From an uncultured virus (IMG/VR IMGVR_UViG_3300017912_003267) (lineage: Duplodnaviria; Heunggongvirae; Uroviricota; Caudoviricetes), in the IMG/VR virus record IMGVR_UViG_3300017912_003267: a DNA stretch of 20,000 bases. One strand, given 5' to 3'. The position numbers and the translations under genes are program-made. Below are positions 1-9,978 of the stretch, in pieces (within the stretch, counting starts at the first letter, position 1; every line of letters begins with the position of its first letter). The notes beneath the pieces were generated by a model. The model searched no databases. It was not told where the DNA came from and saw only the letters and a list, made by a program, of their open reading frames with translations.

Positions 1-2
1 CA

Positions 3-3000
3 GGCGTACAACCTGGAGATAAGATTCAGTTGAGAGTTGATGTACCAGCATCTTATGTCACAACCCAAGCTGTTACTTTCACAGTTAGTGATACAAATAT
101 TCCTGGTAAAACTTGGCCAGATGATACGGAAGTTACTGATACTTGGCATTTTACTAGTAGGGCACAAGATCAACAACCATCAGCATTTTCTTTTCAGGAT
201 AGAGTAGATGAAGTTCCATATAATGTAGCTACAGAAAATAGAAGCACTGGAATACAATATTATTACAAATATGTAGATATTGAAACAAGACCAATTGCTA
301 GTTCTGATACAACTGGTATTGACTATGATGCTGTTCTCAGGTGTAGAACTACTAATAATTTACAAGTATATCTAGATCAAGGTTCAACGGTTGAGCAGGC
401 GGATCTGCCTAGTAGTGGGTGGACAACTAATACTGGCAATACAGTTGTTGCTGGCGATAGATTGTGGTTTAGGTTACCAGTTGGAACTGGATTTACAAAT
501 AAGAGAACTGGTAGTGTAACACTTGATTCGGTTGGTGGTGCTACTTATAGTAGAGGAGGAAATAATTACGAAAATGTTAGTGCTGGCACTTTTGGTACGG
601 GCGATTATGCTGTCACACAATCATTAGGAACTTTTACTAATGATTGGCAGATTTGGACAGAGGTTGATAGATATCCAAATGCTATTGACACAGCTACTAA
701 CGCCTCTCAAGTTTACACTTATGGTGTGAAATTTGATATCTCTAGTGCTGGTACGGGATATGTTCTAAATCAAGAATATACAACAACTACTTTAACTGGA
801 TCTGGATCTGGGTTAAAGTTGAAACTGGTTGCTGGTGGGCAGGTTAATGATGCTCCATCTTTTATTCAAGGTTCTACTATTAAAGATAATATTCAAGTTA
901 CTGATCCTGGATATGGATACAGTGTAGGTGACCAAATTAGAGTAAATGGTGGTAGTGTTAATGTTACTTTGACATTTGCTGAATATCAAAAAGTATATGT
1001 AACATCCGATGGTTCTTTTAGTGCTACTACAGAACCTGGATTTATGTACTTCACTGATTTTAATGTCAATGGTCTTGGTACAGAATATCCTTCTGGTACA
1101 TATAGTGACTTAACTAATGGTGCTAATGGATTAATTACTACTGTCGCTCAAGCCCAAGCATATGCTAATGCCTTAAATGGAGACACTGTTAGATTAGAAG
1201 CCCAATGTGTCGGGGGGAATGGATTAATCAGAAAAAATAACACTGGTGATTGGGTTAATGTTGTTTCAGTTGAAAATGGAGATGTCATTAATTTTAAGAT
1301 GCCATCTGATAATAATTATAATGGTGTTAATACAGCAACAGTTGAGCTATTAGGTCCACCACAACCGCCACCAGACCAAAATTTACCTACTGGTGGACCC
1401 TCACCATCCTATGACAATAAAGATGTAACAATTACTCTTACCACTAGAGGTGTTAGACAACTTCCATTCCCTTTTCATGCTACTCCTGTATTTTTGTCCA
1501 ATCCTCTTCAACAACATACGGCCGAAGTAAAAATTACTGGTATTGATATTGGACAGCAAGTTACTGTAAGAAGAATTGGAACTACCGTAGGTGGAGTTTC
1601 AACATCACCTAGCGGACCATTTTTGGCATCAACAACATTTGCTTTAAATCAAATTTATGATGAATCAATTTTATATGTAAGAACTGAAGCATCTGAAGTT
1701 AGTGGAGGTGTAACAGAATTTCAGTATCAGTTCGTAGCTGATGATGGATCTGTAATGAATGATGTTTTTAGAGTATATACTAGAGAGTTTTCAGAAGAGC
1801 AAGGAAATGCTCCCAATTATTCTGTTTCTGGTGGTTCAGTTGGATATTCTAACGTGTTTATACCAAGTTATGCTCAAAGTGGATTTTATGTGACATTAGT
1901 TGGAGCTGGTGGTGGTAATGGTGGTTGTGATGCCCCCGTATCTGTTGGTGGTGGTGGTCAATCTGGAGAACTTATTAAAGTAAGATTATCATTGACAGAT
2001 GATGACTGGGTAACTACTTCTGGTTCTGGTGCTGTAAATAGAATTATTCGTGTATATGCTGGTTCCAAAGGAGAAGATGGTGTTGATTTTACAAGTGGTG
2101 GTGCTGGAGGAGCTGGTGGCACTGGATTCTTAGAAGGAGGTGATGGCGGTCAAGCGGGTCCTGGCACTGCCGCTGAGCCAGGTGATAGATCTGGTGGAGG
2201 TGGCGGTGGCGGTGGTGCCACTGGCGTTACATTAGAAGATGGCACGGTCCTCGCTTGGGCTGGTGGAGGCGGCGGTGGAGCTGGCGCTGGTAATGATACT
2301 TTGCCACCCGAAGATGATGAACATGGCAATGGAACTGGATCATTAATTCAGTCTGGAGTACAATCAAATTTCAGTTTCAATGGAGAAAATGGCGCTAATA
2401 ATACCACTGTTGGTGGTGGAGGTGGTGGCGCTGGTGGTGGTTTTATTGGCGGTGGCGGTGGTCTTAAAACCACTCCAGATCAATTCGGCAACACAGATAT
2501 GGATGGTCTTGGTGGTCGTGCTGGTGGAGCTTATGTTAACACAGCTTATGGACAATTAATTGGTTCCAACATTTTAGCACAACGTGGTTCTGGTCCAGGT
2601 GAACATGGTGCTGCTTATATTGAATATGATCTTCAAGACGTTGATCCTATTCTTATTGGTGACTATAGTCCAGTAGATGCTGATATTAATTCAACTGTCG
2701 AATCAGTTGATTTTGTACAAGTTACTGATATTACAGGAACGATCAATGTAACCACTGTTGCTGGTGGTTGGTCAGTTAGGGTTTCTGTTGGAGAGTCTGC
2801 TGATGGTGTTAACTTCCAGTGGCAACCATTTGCTAATAGTGCTAGTGTTACCAATAATCAATATGTGAGGTTGGAGGGAACCACTGGTTCTGATTATAAT
2901 TACCCATATACTGCCACTATTTTATTTAATACTACTGAAAAAACTTGGACAGTTAATACAGGAGCAGTGCCAGATGACACACCAAATGCGTTCTCTTTTG

Positions 3001-5525
3001 CCCCACTCTTCAATCAAGAAAAGAGTACGTTAGTTTTTAGTGAATTGACAGATCCCATTAGTGGTCTTTCAGTTCCTGCTGCGGTACAATTAGGATCTAA
3101 TACAGAATTAAATATTAATGGAACTAGTACATGGTATAGCTCTACTGATACTATCCCAGGAATTGTAAATGGCGATGTACTACAATTAAGACTAACCACG
3201 TCTGATCAATATAACACTGCTGTTTTTGGTACAATTACAGTTGGTAGTGGCGATGAAGTTACATGGACAGTTACTACGAGGAAAGAGGGATTAAATTTCC
3301 CAGAAGGATTTATTTTTCTACCCGCTACTGATATTGACTTAGAAACTCCAGTTACAAGTAATGTAGTCCAGATTGATAAAATTGATGAACCAATTGATTT
3401 TATTGTAGAAGCACACCCAACAGATGATGAACCAGAAAATCCAGCTACTGCTGAGTTGCCGAGGATTTATTTGAATAGTGTATTACAACCCGAAGGTGTG
3501 ACTCAAGTAACAGTCGAGGATGGTGATTTCATTGCTCTATACTATGTCACCAGTGATGTTATTGGTGAACCCCGTGTATTTAAAACTAAGACTGGTCTTT
3601 CTGATTCTACTTTGGGATACTATGAAACCAATTGGCAAGTAACAAATGCTGGAACATTTGGTACTACACCTGATGAGTTTACATTTAATAATGTTGTGGT
3701 AGATCCTGGAACATTTGGAGTTGCTTCTGAAGTTCCTACAATTTCTGGATTAAGTCCAAATTCTACTGTAGTTAATATATTTACGACTAACGGATTACAA
3801 GTTAGGAAAGGAACTAATGGTCAGCAACCATCAGGAAGTTTTGTTGAAGTACCTTTTGGTGGTACAACTGTGCTTTCGGTGAGAAATGGTGACAGAATTG
3901 AGGTAAGATTACAAGCGTCTATTATTCCTGGTTTGCCTAGAACTGGAGCAATTAGTGTTGGTGGTTATACTACAACATTTACTGTCTTAGCATCGGCAGA
4001 AGTTCAAGATCCTATTTTAGGTCAGTGGTATAGTTCTGTACAATCGATCATTTATCAAGAAATTTCTGGCAATCAAGAACAAATTAGATTTAATCATAAG
4101 TTTGATGGTTTACCAATCGGTTCAATGATACCAGTTTTCCAAGATGCTACCGAAGATGATGGGTGGGGAATTTTAAATGGAAATATTAACTCCAGATTCC
4201 ATGGTTGGTTATATTGTGATGGCGATACCTATAATCCAGAAGAATATCCACAACTATTTTCTGCTATTGGTTACACATATGGTGCCGTAGAGGTTCTTCC
4301 TGGTGTACAATATTTCAAAATTCCTGATATGAGGAATAGATATGTGAAGGGAGTTGGTCCTGTAGATGGTACACAGTTGTCATCTCCTTCTTTATCACCT
4401 ACTTTTGGACCAAATAAAGCACCTGGAAATGTAGGTAATGATACTCCTGGAGCATCAGGTGGTTCGTGGTTCGTTGATACGATTGCTGACCCTGGAACAG
4501 CTGAATTAGAACAAATTGAAACACCACCTATAGGATTAGAACCAACAGAATCTCAATTTTTCGGTATTGCTCAAATTCAGACAAATGGATACACTAATGT
4601 TTCTGGTATTGTTGAATTCTCAACTGAAGGACAGTGTGGAGTTACTGTTAGATTAGACGACGAACCATTATATGAAGTTCCTTCTCACACTCATAATGTT
4701 ATTATGGGTCAAGCAGACCCAGGTAACTTCAAAGGTGCTATTTATTGGGGACAAGAAGGTGGTCGTCGTTCTTCTATTAATACTGACGCTTTAATTGGTG
4801 AACAACAAAATGGTCCATATGAAGCATCTGCTTCAGCAATTGTAAACATGTGGGGATATCCAACAGGAGATACTGTCGATGTCTCAGATGATAATCTTCC
4901 CGATTCTGTTAAATGCCCAGGTGATAGTGTTTGGTGGGATGGAAGTGTAACTGATTGGACGAATTCTTCTGGATGGATAGGAGTCAATAATATTGGTAGC
5001 CATGGCCAGCAAACCTTTACTTTTGGACAACTTGCTGGTGGTCCTCTTAATGAAATCCGTCAGTTTATAAATGTAGATGGTGTCATGGGAAATAACGATC
5101 AAGGTGATGTAGGCAACAATAATGCTTGGAGGCAACTCGCCGCCATTGATATTCCACGAAAACAAACTTTCTTTAGGCAGTATACTCCTACTACTAGGAT
5201 GGATCATACACATTATCTTTCTAATGTTCAAATTGAGCAAAATACGAATTTGGGTCCTATATATGCTTTTGGTAATGTTGTTGGTGGTGGTACTAAGAAC
5301 CAATCTCTTCTAACATTTGAACAGCTTCTTCCTGATGATGTTAATTTAGATACTAATGTTGACCTAACTTACTCTGCTTCTGAGATAGGTATTACTGTGC
5401 TTCCAGGAACTTTCACATTACAGGCAACTAAACAGATTATTCCCACACCTTCATTACAAGCGAGAGATAAGGTCGCTGTTATGTCACCTTATACGTGGGT
5501 TAAATGGGTAATCAAAGCTTTCTAA
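3..5525 (+). CDS. Large tail fibre / tail-associated virion protein (5'-truncated) with repeated beta-rich modules, a Gly-rich domain and a phage tail collar domain
   Basis: The frame is open from position 3, so TTG at 30 is probably not the real start. The protein is T/G/S/V-rich with recurring P-x-x-F-x-F modules (QPSAFSF, TPNAFSF, FPEGFIF, TPDEFTF). Gly-rich GAGGG tract at about 1890-2620. Tail-collar signature PIGSMIP...GWLYCDG..Y...EYPQLFSAIG.TYG...FKIPDMR.RYVKG at about 4113-4352. Confidence 0.8.
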   Translation, partial: GVQPGDKIQLRVDVPASYVTTQAVTFTVSDTNIPGKTWPDDTEVTDTWHFTSRAQDQQPSAFSFQDRVDEVPYNVATENRSTGIQYYYKYVDIETRPIASSDTTGIDYDAVLRCRTTNNLQVYLDQGSTVEQADLPSSGWTTNTGNTVVAGDRLWFRLPVGTGFTNKRTGSVTLDSVGGATYSRGGNNYENVSAGTFGTGDYAVTQSLGTFTNDWQIWTEVDRYPNAIDTATNASQVYTYGVKFDISSAGTGYVLNQEYTTTTLTGSGSGLKLKLVAGGQVNDAPSFIQGSTIKDNIQVTDPGYGYSVGDQIRVNGGSVNVTLTFAEYQKVYVTSDGSFSATTEPGFMYFTDFNVNGLGTEYPSGTYSDLTNGANGLITTVAQAQAYANALNGDTVRLEAQCVGGNGLIRKNNTGDWVNVVSVENGDVINFKMPSDNNYNGVNTATVELLGPPQPPPDQNLPTGGPSPSYDNKDVTITLTTRGVRQLPFPFHATPVFLSNPLQQHTAEVKITGIDIGQQVTVRRIGTTVGGVSTSPSGPFLASTTFALNQIYDESILYVRTEASEVSGGVTEFQYQFVADDGSVMNDVFRVYTREFSEEQGNAPNYSVSGGSVGYSNVFIPSYAQSGFYVTLVGAGGGNGGCDAPVSVGGGGQSGELIKVRLSLTDDDWVTTSGSGAVNRIIRVYAGSKGEDGVDFTSGGAGGAGGTGFLEGGDGGQAGPGTAAEPGDRSGGGGGGGGATGVTLEDGTVLAWAGGGGGGAGAGNDTLPPEDDEHGNGTGSLIQSGVQSNFSFNGENGANNTTVGGGGGGAGGGFIGGGGGLKTTPDQFGNTDMDGLGGRAGGAYVNTAYGQLIGSNILAQRGSGPGEHGAAYIEYDLQDVDPILIGDYSPVDADINSTVESVDFVQVTDITGTINVTTVAGGWSVRVSVGESADGVNFQWQPFANSASVTNNQYVRLEGTTGSDYNYPYTATILFNTTEKTWTVNTGAVPDDTPNAFSFAPLFNQEKSTLVFSELTDPISGLSVPAAVQLGSNTELNINGTSTWYSSTDTIPGIVNGDVLQLRLTTSDQYNTAVFGTITVGSGDEVTWTVTTRKEGLNFPEGFIFLPATDIDLETPVTSNVVQIDKIDEPIDFIVEAHPTDDEPENPATAELPRIYLNSVLQPEGVTQVTVEDGDFIALYYVTSDVIGEPRVFKTKTGLSDSTLGYYETNWQVTNAGTFGTTPDEFTFNNVVVDPGTFGVASEVPTISGLSPNSTVVNIFTTNGLQVRKGTNGQQPSGSFVEVPFGGTTVLSVRNGDRIEVRLQASIIPGLPRTGAISVGGYTTTFTVLASAEVQDPILGQWYSSVQSIIYQEISGNQEQIRFNHKFDGLPIGSMIPVFQDATEDDGWGILNGNINSRFHGWLYCDGDTYNPEEYPQLFSAIGYTYGAVEVLPGVQYFKIPDMRNRYVKGVGPVDGTQLSSPSLSPTFGPNKAPGNVGNDTPGASGGSWFVDTIADPGTAELEQIETPPIGLEPTESQFFGIAQIQTNGYTNVSGIVEFSTEGQCGVTVRLDDEPLYEVPSHTHNVIMGQADPGNFKGAIYWGQEGGRRSSINTDALIGEQQNGPYEASASAIVNMWGYPTGDTVDVSDDNLPDSVKCPGDSVWWDGSVTDWTNSSGWIGVNNIGSHGQQTFTFGQLAGGPLNEIRQFINVDGVMGNNDQGDVGNNNAWRQLAAIDIPRKQTFFRQYTPTTRMDHTHYLSNVQIEQNTNLGPIYAFGNVVGGGTKNQSLLTFEQLLPDDVNLDTNVDLTYSASEIGITVLPGTFTLQATKQIIPTPSLQARDKVAVMSPYTWVKWVIKAF

Positions 5526-5528
5526 ATA
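5522..5528 (+). promoter_or_regulatory. Possible T4-type late promoter (CTAAATA)
   Basis: CTAAATA overlaps the tail-fibre stop codon about 25 nt upstream of the next structural gene. It resembles the TATAAATA/TAAATA late promoter of T4-like phages, but the motif is short. Confidence 0.45.
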
Positions 5529-5551
5529 ATATATAAACAGGCGATGTAGAG

Positions 5552-6484
5552 ATGGCATTCAATCCAGACAATTTTCAATTTGAGAGAATTCTACCACCAG
5601 AGCTTAATAAACCAATTTTGGAGTGGGACGCTCTACATAGATTCATTGTAGTTAGAGTGTTTGACGGGGATGAGTTTTCTTTTCACTCTACATTATTAAG
5701 TAGTCAAGTTAATAAAAATATTCATGATGGGATGCCAGATGAATGGTCTCATGAAAATGATAGAATTGTTAGTTTTTCGATTTACGAAGATGGTGATTAT
5801 TTACTAGAGAAAGAAAAAATTAAATTTGATTTTTCTACTAAAAAGACGAAAAGAGTAAGATACAAGTATACTGATTTAGAAGAAACACAGGCAATAGAAA
5901 TCTTCAACGTACTAAAGGCAGCAATTCAAGTCGCCACTATTCAAGAAAAAATTGATAGATCAAAAGCTGTTATAGATCTAGCATCTAGACAATCATTTTT
6001 AACACAATTGGATAGTGAAAGACAAGATCAAATCAATACTTTGATGACATCATCTGACTGGACACAGTTAGCTGATGCTACAGAAAGTTTTACTGGTGAA
6101 ATTGCTCTCTGGACATCATATAGAGCATATTTGAGAAATAATAATCAAACGGTGGATACATTTGATGATCCATTAGATTTCTTGCTATATGAAGAAGATT
6201 TTAAATGGCCTATTGATCCTATAGAATATCATCGTACAGATCCAAGTCACGACGTTGAATATCTATCAGTGCCAGAACATTTCACGAACTCTCCTCATTC
6301 AGCTGGTGTACGTTCTTCTGAACAATTAAATGGAGCATTGAATGAAGCGGCGATAACTGAGAAGATGATCGCTAGAAATGGTGGCATTCCTATTAGCACT
6401 GAGATCTGGAATAAAGTACAACAGTACAATTTAAATAGAGACATCGCTAATGTAGATCTAGATCATTTAAACGTAGGAGGTTGA
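5552..6484 (+). CDS. Tail fibre assembly chaperone-like protein
   Basis: Motif ERQDQINTLMTSSDWTQLAD...WTSYRAYLRN...WP is typical of phage tail assembly chaperone domains. It lies directly downstream of the tail-fibre gene. Confidence 0.65.
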   Translation: MAFNPDNFQFERILPPELNKPILEWDALHRFIVVRVFDGDEFSFHSTLLSSQVNKNIHDGMPDEWSHENDRIVSFSIYEDGDYLLEKEKIKFDFSTKKTKRVRYKYTDLEETQAIEIFNVLKAAIQVATIQEKIDRSKAVIDLASRQSFLTQLDSERQDQINTLMTSSDWTQLADATESFTGEIALWTSYRAYLRNNNQTVDTFDDPLDFLLYEEDFKWPIDPIEYHRTDPSHDVEYLSVPEHFTNSPHSAGVRSSEQLNGALNEAAITEKMIARNGGIPISTEIWNKVQQYNLNRDIANVDLDHLNVGG

Positions 6485-6485
6485 C

Positions 6486-6872
6486 ATGTCATACATTGGA
6501 TCTAAAAACTTTAAAGATTGGGCGAAAAGTTATACGGAGGCAGTTGATAATGCTCTAGTTCTATTGAGAACTGTAGGACCAGATAATGTAACTGATGATG
6601 TAAAAGCAAATAAGATTTACTCGGCATATTATTTGAATATGCAAACAGAGCACCCAGGTATTTTTGATAAACTATTATATAATGAATTCACATTTGTAGA
6701 GTTTGATACAGAACAAGAAGCATTGGACTTTGTTATTGATAATTTTCCTAACACTGTAACAGATGATTTGGATTATTTTGTACAGTATGTGGTATTTTGT
6801 GGTGGAGCAGTAATCAGAACCAATAATGGTCTCACTGGTCTTGCTGAACCAGCTCCAGAACCACTTGAATAA
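6486..6872 (+). CDS. Hypothetical phage protein (128 aa)
   Basis: ORF with a strong SD (AGGAGG, 6475-6480). Last gene of the structural block. Confidence 0.75.
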   Translation: MSYIGSKNFKDWAKSYTEAVDNALVLLRTVGPDNVTDDVKANKIYSAYYLNMQTEHPGIFDKLLYNEFTFVEFDTEQEALDFVIDNFPNTVTDDLDYFVQYVVFCGGAVIRTNNGLTGLAEPAPEPLE

Positions 6873-6913
6873 CTGGCACAGACCGCCCACCACGGGCGGT
6901 TTTCTGCTATAAT
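6859..6913 (+). promoter_or_regulatory. Dispersed dyad-hairpin-(-10) element, copy 1
   Basis: AACCA-cttgaataac-TGGCACA, hairpin ACCGCCC/GGGCGGT, extended -10 TGcTATAAT (6905-6913), upstream of the helicase ATG at 6939. Confidence 0.8.
6882..6904 (+). terminator. Intrinsic terminator-like hairpin ending the structural block (embedded in element copy 1)
   Basis: ACCGCCC-accac-GGGCGGT followed by TTT, 10 nt after the stop at 6872. Confidence 0.55.
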
Positions 6914-6938
6914 TACAGGGTAGTCAGCAAGGCAATCG

Positions 6939-8186
6939 ATGCTCACCCTTCGTCCTCACCAGCAGCGTGCTCTCACTGCTCTTGAGAACAACACTCACGG
7001 TCAAGTCATTGTTCCCACTGGTGGTGGCAAGACTATTATCATGATCAAGGATGCTCAGCGTCGTCTGACTGCTGCCACCACGCCACAGACTATTGTAGTG
7101 GTCGCCCCACGTATTCTGCTGGCAAACCAACTCTGTGATGAGTTCTGGTCTGCTTTCAATGGTGATGTCAATGCTGAGTTCTTCCATGTTCACAGTGGTG
7201 AGACTTCTTTCGGTAGTAGCACTAAGGTTCAGAAGATTCAATGTCACGATGCTGTCTGTAAGACTGCTGGTATTCACCAAGTTATCTTCACCACCTACAA
7301 TTCGCTCCGTCGTGTTGTAGAAGCAGGCATTGATATTGACTGTATCTATTACGATGAGGCACACAACTCTGTTCGTCGTGACTTCTTTGAATCTGTTCTT
7401 GAAGTTGATGCCAAGTCCTACTATTTCTTCACTGCTACTCCTAAGCACACTCGTTCTGCTTATGGTCGTGGCATGAACAACAGCATGGTTTACGGTCCTA
7501 TTCTTGAGACTGTTCCTGCTCCCGAACTTGTCAACAACGGCAGCATTCTTGCTCCTGAGGTTGTCTCTTACGAGGTTGACTTCGAGCGAGTCAAGGGTAA
7601 GTTCTCTTACGAGTCTGACAAGGACACTCTCACCAATCTCATCAATGACATTGATGCTGATGGTAACAAGATCCTGGTTGCTGCTCCTAGCAGTAAGATC
7701 ATGTTCAACCTGCTGTCTAAGACTAATATCCTTCAATACTTTCATGACAAAGGTTATGATGTGCTTCACATCACCAGCAAGTATGGTGCTTATGTGAACA
7801 AGACTAAGGTCAACCGTGAGCAGTTCTTCGACACTTTCAATGCTTGGGGCAAAGATCCTAACCGTAAGTTTGTGATCTTCCACTACAGCATCCTGTCTGA
7901 AGGCATCAACGTCCACGGTCTAACACACTGTGTATTCCTTCGTCAACTGGATGTCATCCAAATGGCACAGACTGTCGGTCGTGTCATTCGTCTTAACAAA
8001 GACGACGCTGCTGACATTGCTTGTGGTAAGATTATCCCAGGTAAGTTTGACATGTACCGTAAGTCTACTGGCAAGGTCATTGTTCCTGTCTTCAAGAACT
8101 ACGGCACTCCCACTATCAAACGCCTTCAAAACCTTGTCGATACTATCTTCGTCAAGGGTCTCCCTGCTGTTTCTGTCACTGTCTGA
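6939..8186 (+). CDS. Superfamily 2 DEAD/DEAH-box helicase/ATPase (restriction ResIII-like)
   Basis: Q-motif LRPHQ, Walker A PTGGGKT, Ia VAPRILLANQ, Walker B YYDEAH, III FTAT, V ILSEGINV, VI QTVGRVIR. Confidence 0.9.
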   Translation: MLTLRPHQQRALTALENNTHGQVIVPTGGGKTIIMIKDAQRRLTAATTPQTIVVVAPRILLANQLCDEFWSAFNGDVNAEFFHVHSGETSFGSSTKVQKIQCHDAVCKTAGIHQVIFTTYNSLRRVVEAGIDIDCIYYDEAHNSVRRDFFESVLEVDAKSYYFFTATPKHTRSAYGRGMNNSMVYGPILETVPAPELVNNGSILAPEVVSYEVDFERVKGKFSYESDKDTLTNLINDIDADGNKILVAAPSSKIMFNLLSKTNILQYFHDKGYDVLHITSKYGAYVNKTKVNREQFFDTFNAWGKDPNRKFVIFHYSILSEGINVHGLTHCVFLRQLDVIQMAQTVGRVIRLNKDDAADIACGKIIPGKFDMYRKSTGKVIVPVFKNYGTPTIKRLQNLVDTIFVKGLPAVSVTV

Positions 8187-8188
8187 TT

Positions 8189-9157
8189 ATGAAATCCACT
8201 CGTATCACTGGTCACCAAATTCTTACTTGGGAACAGGTACAGGGTCTCCTGGCAAATGAGGAGACCTTGCTAACTGGAGGTGCTGCTATTCGTGAGAAAG
8301 CATACACTGTGGACACTACTTGGGCAGCAGCAGAAGAGTATTATTACGCTCACAGCACTGCTGACCGTGCCCAAATTCGTAAGACTGGACAGCAGAATCA
8401 GATCGGTTGGTGGGATCCTGCTACCCAGACTCACACAGACAATCCTACCCATGCCCGTGGCATCTTGGTCTGTCAAATGTACCTGAACCAGGATCGTAAG
8501 TGTGCTTACACTGGCACTGGTCCTTACAGCATTCTTGACTACCAAGTGGAGCACATTGAGCCCAATGGTGGTGATCATCCTGACAACATGCTGCTGGTAG
8601 TTTACAACGTCAATGAAAACCGTAAGCAGTCCACCATGGATGGGTTCATTGCCCGCTGGCGCAAACGTGCTTCCAAAGGAATGGAAGAATACAACAAATG
8701 GTACGATGATACCATGAAAGCATCTGCTAAGGGGCAGAAAGAGAAAGTTAAGATTCTCAGTATGGATGAGGAAGAACTTAAAACCTTTGCTCCCAACTGT
8801 GCCAAGAAGTACCACAAATATATGTGGAGAAACATTGGTATGTCATCTCTTCAACCTTTCCGTTTGACTAAGAAAGGTGTGGCACGTGCTGGTGGTAGTC
8901 AGGGCAACTACAAAGAGGTTCTGAACACTGTCCTACAAGAGTATTTGTATGGAGACAAGAATCTAGCAGCACAGATCTTCCACACTGTTCGCTCTGGTGC
9001 TGACCGCTATGTTCGTGGATTCATTAACAACACGGATTATATTGAGATGATGTGTGTTGCCATTGAGTTGTCAAATCATGTGGCAGCAGAGTATAATAAG
9101 GAAAAGTTTACCGCTAAAGTCCTCCGTAACACCTATTCATGGCCCCATCTAAAGTAA
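8189..9157 (+). CDS. HNH endonuclease-domain protein
   Basis: MYLNQDRKCAYTG...YQVEHIEP...DHPDNMLLV..NVNENRK matches a beta-beta-alpha-metal HNH motif. Starts 2 nt after the helicase stop. Confidence 0.75.
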   Translation: MKSTRITGHQILTWEQVQGLLANEETLLTGGAAIREKAYTVDTTWAAAEEYYYAHSTADRAQIRKTGQQNQIGWWDPATQTHTDNPTHARGILVCQMYLNQDRKCAYTGTGPYSILDYQVEHIEPNGGDHPDNMLLVVYNVNENRKQSTMDGFIARWRKRASKGMEEYNKWYDDTMKASAKGQKEKVKILSMDEEELKTFAPNCAKKYHKYMWRNIGMSSLQPFRLTKKGVARAGGSQGNYKEVLNTVLQEYLYGDKNLAAQIFHTVRSGADRYVRGFINNTDYIEMMCVAIELSNHVAAEYNKEKFTAKVLRNTYSWPHLK

Positions 9158-9978
9158 CAAACCATTCTCTCTACCGATATGCTGGTGGGAAGAATCGTAT
9201 GAAGAAGGATCTTATCAAGATTATTCGTGATGTCAACCCAGGCATCGAATATCTTGTGTCGCCCTTCTGGGGTGGTGGCAGCACTGAGATGCTGATCGCC
9301 AGTGAGGGAGTCAAGGTCCAAGGTTATGATGTCTTCCGCCCCCTGGCAGACTTCTGGGAGATTGTGTGTGGTGATGGTGGTGCTGCCATCCTTGCCGACA
9401 TGGCGGAGCAGCACTATCCGCTAGTTGATAGTGATCACTACAAAACGTTCCTCCCAGGGTTAGATAGTGAGGATAAATGGGAGCGAGCACTGTCATTTTA
9501 CATTGCAATCAAGGGTTCGTACTCAGGTAAGATCGGATGTTCTACTGTTCGTAGTAGAGCAGAGTTCAGATTGGTGGGCATTGATAAACTTAGGAATTTT
9601 CATGCTCCCAACGTGACGTTTTGCCATGGGTCGTGCTTCGATACGATCCCAGCACACGAAAATGACTTCTTATACCTGGACCCACCATATTATGAGACTG
9701 TGAGTCACTACTATGGCAAAGATGGTGCTCTCCACAAGTCATTTGATCATGAAAGGTTCTGTGAGACACTCAAACAGCACAAAGGTGGGTTTGTGATGTC
9801 CTATGACAATAGTGATGCTGTCCGTGCTCTTTATGATGGGTGGACTGAGTTCAGGTATCTTACATTTCCATATCAAATGTCTGGTACTAAGCGATATGAC
9901 AAGACAGAACTAGTTATTGTTAAATATCCTGAAAAGGTAACACCTAGACAAAATATACTAGAGGCATTCATGGTATGA
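9139..9978 (+). CDS. Dam-family (D12 class) DNA N6-adenine methyltransferase
   Basis: N-terminal RYAGGK, SAM-binding SPFWGGGS, catalytic YLDPPY, C-terminal FVMSYDN...ELVI. Overlaps the HNH gene by 19 nt. Confidence 0.9.
   Translation: MAPSKVTNHSLYRYAGGKNRMKKDLIKIIRDVNPGIEYLVSPFWGGGSTEMLIASEGVKVQGYDVFRPLADFWEIVCGDGGAAILADMAEQHYPLVDSDHYKTFLPGLDSEDKWERALSFYIAIKGSYSGKIGCSTVRSRAEFRLVGIDKLRNFHAPNVTFCHGSCFDTIPAHENDFLYLDPPYYETVSHYYGKDGALHKSFDHERFCETLKQHKGGFVMSYDNSDAVRALYDGWTEFRYLTFPYQMSGTKRYDKTELVIVKYPEKVTPRQNILEAFMV

Noticed and set aside
1890..2620. GGT/GGC-rich low-complexity tract as a DNA repeat or collagen
   Set aside because: Explained by a Gly-rich protein domain; there is no Gly-X-Y periodicity.
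6924..7916. 330-aa minus-strand ORF
   Set aside because: Antisense shadow of the helicase gene with no recognisable motifs. The same applies to 8270..8815, 12818..13249, 17919..18377 and 19497..19904.
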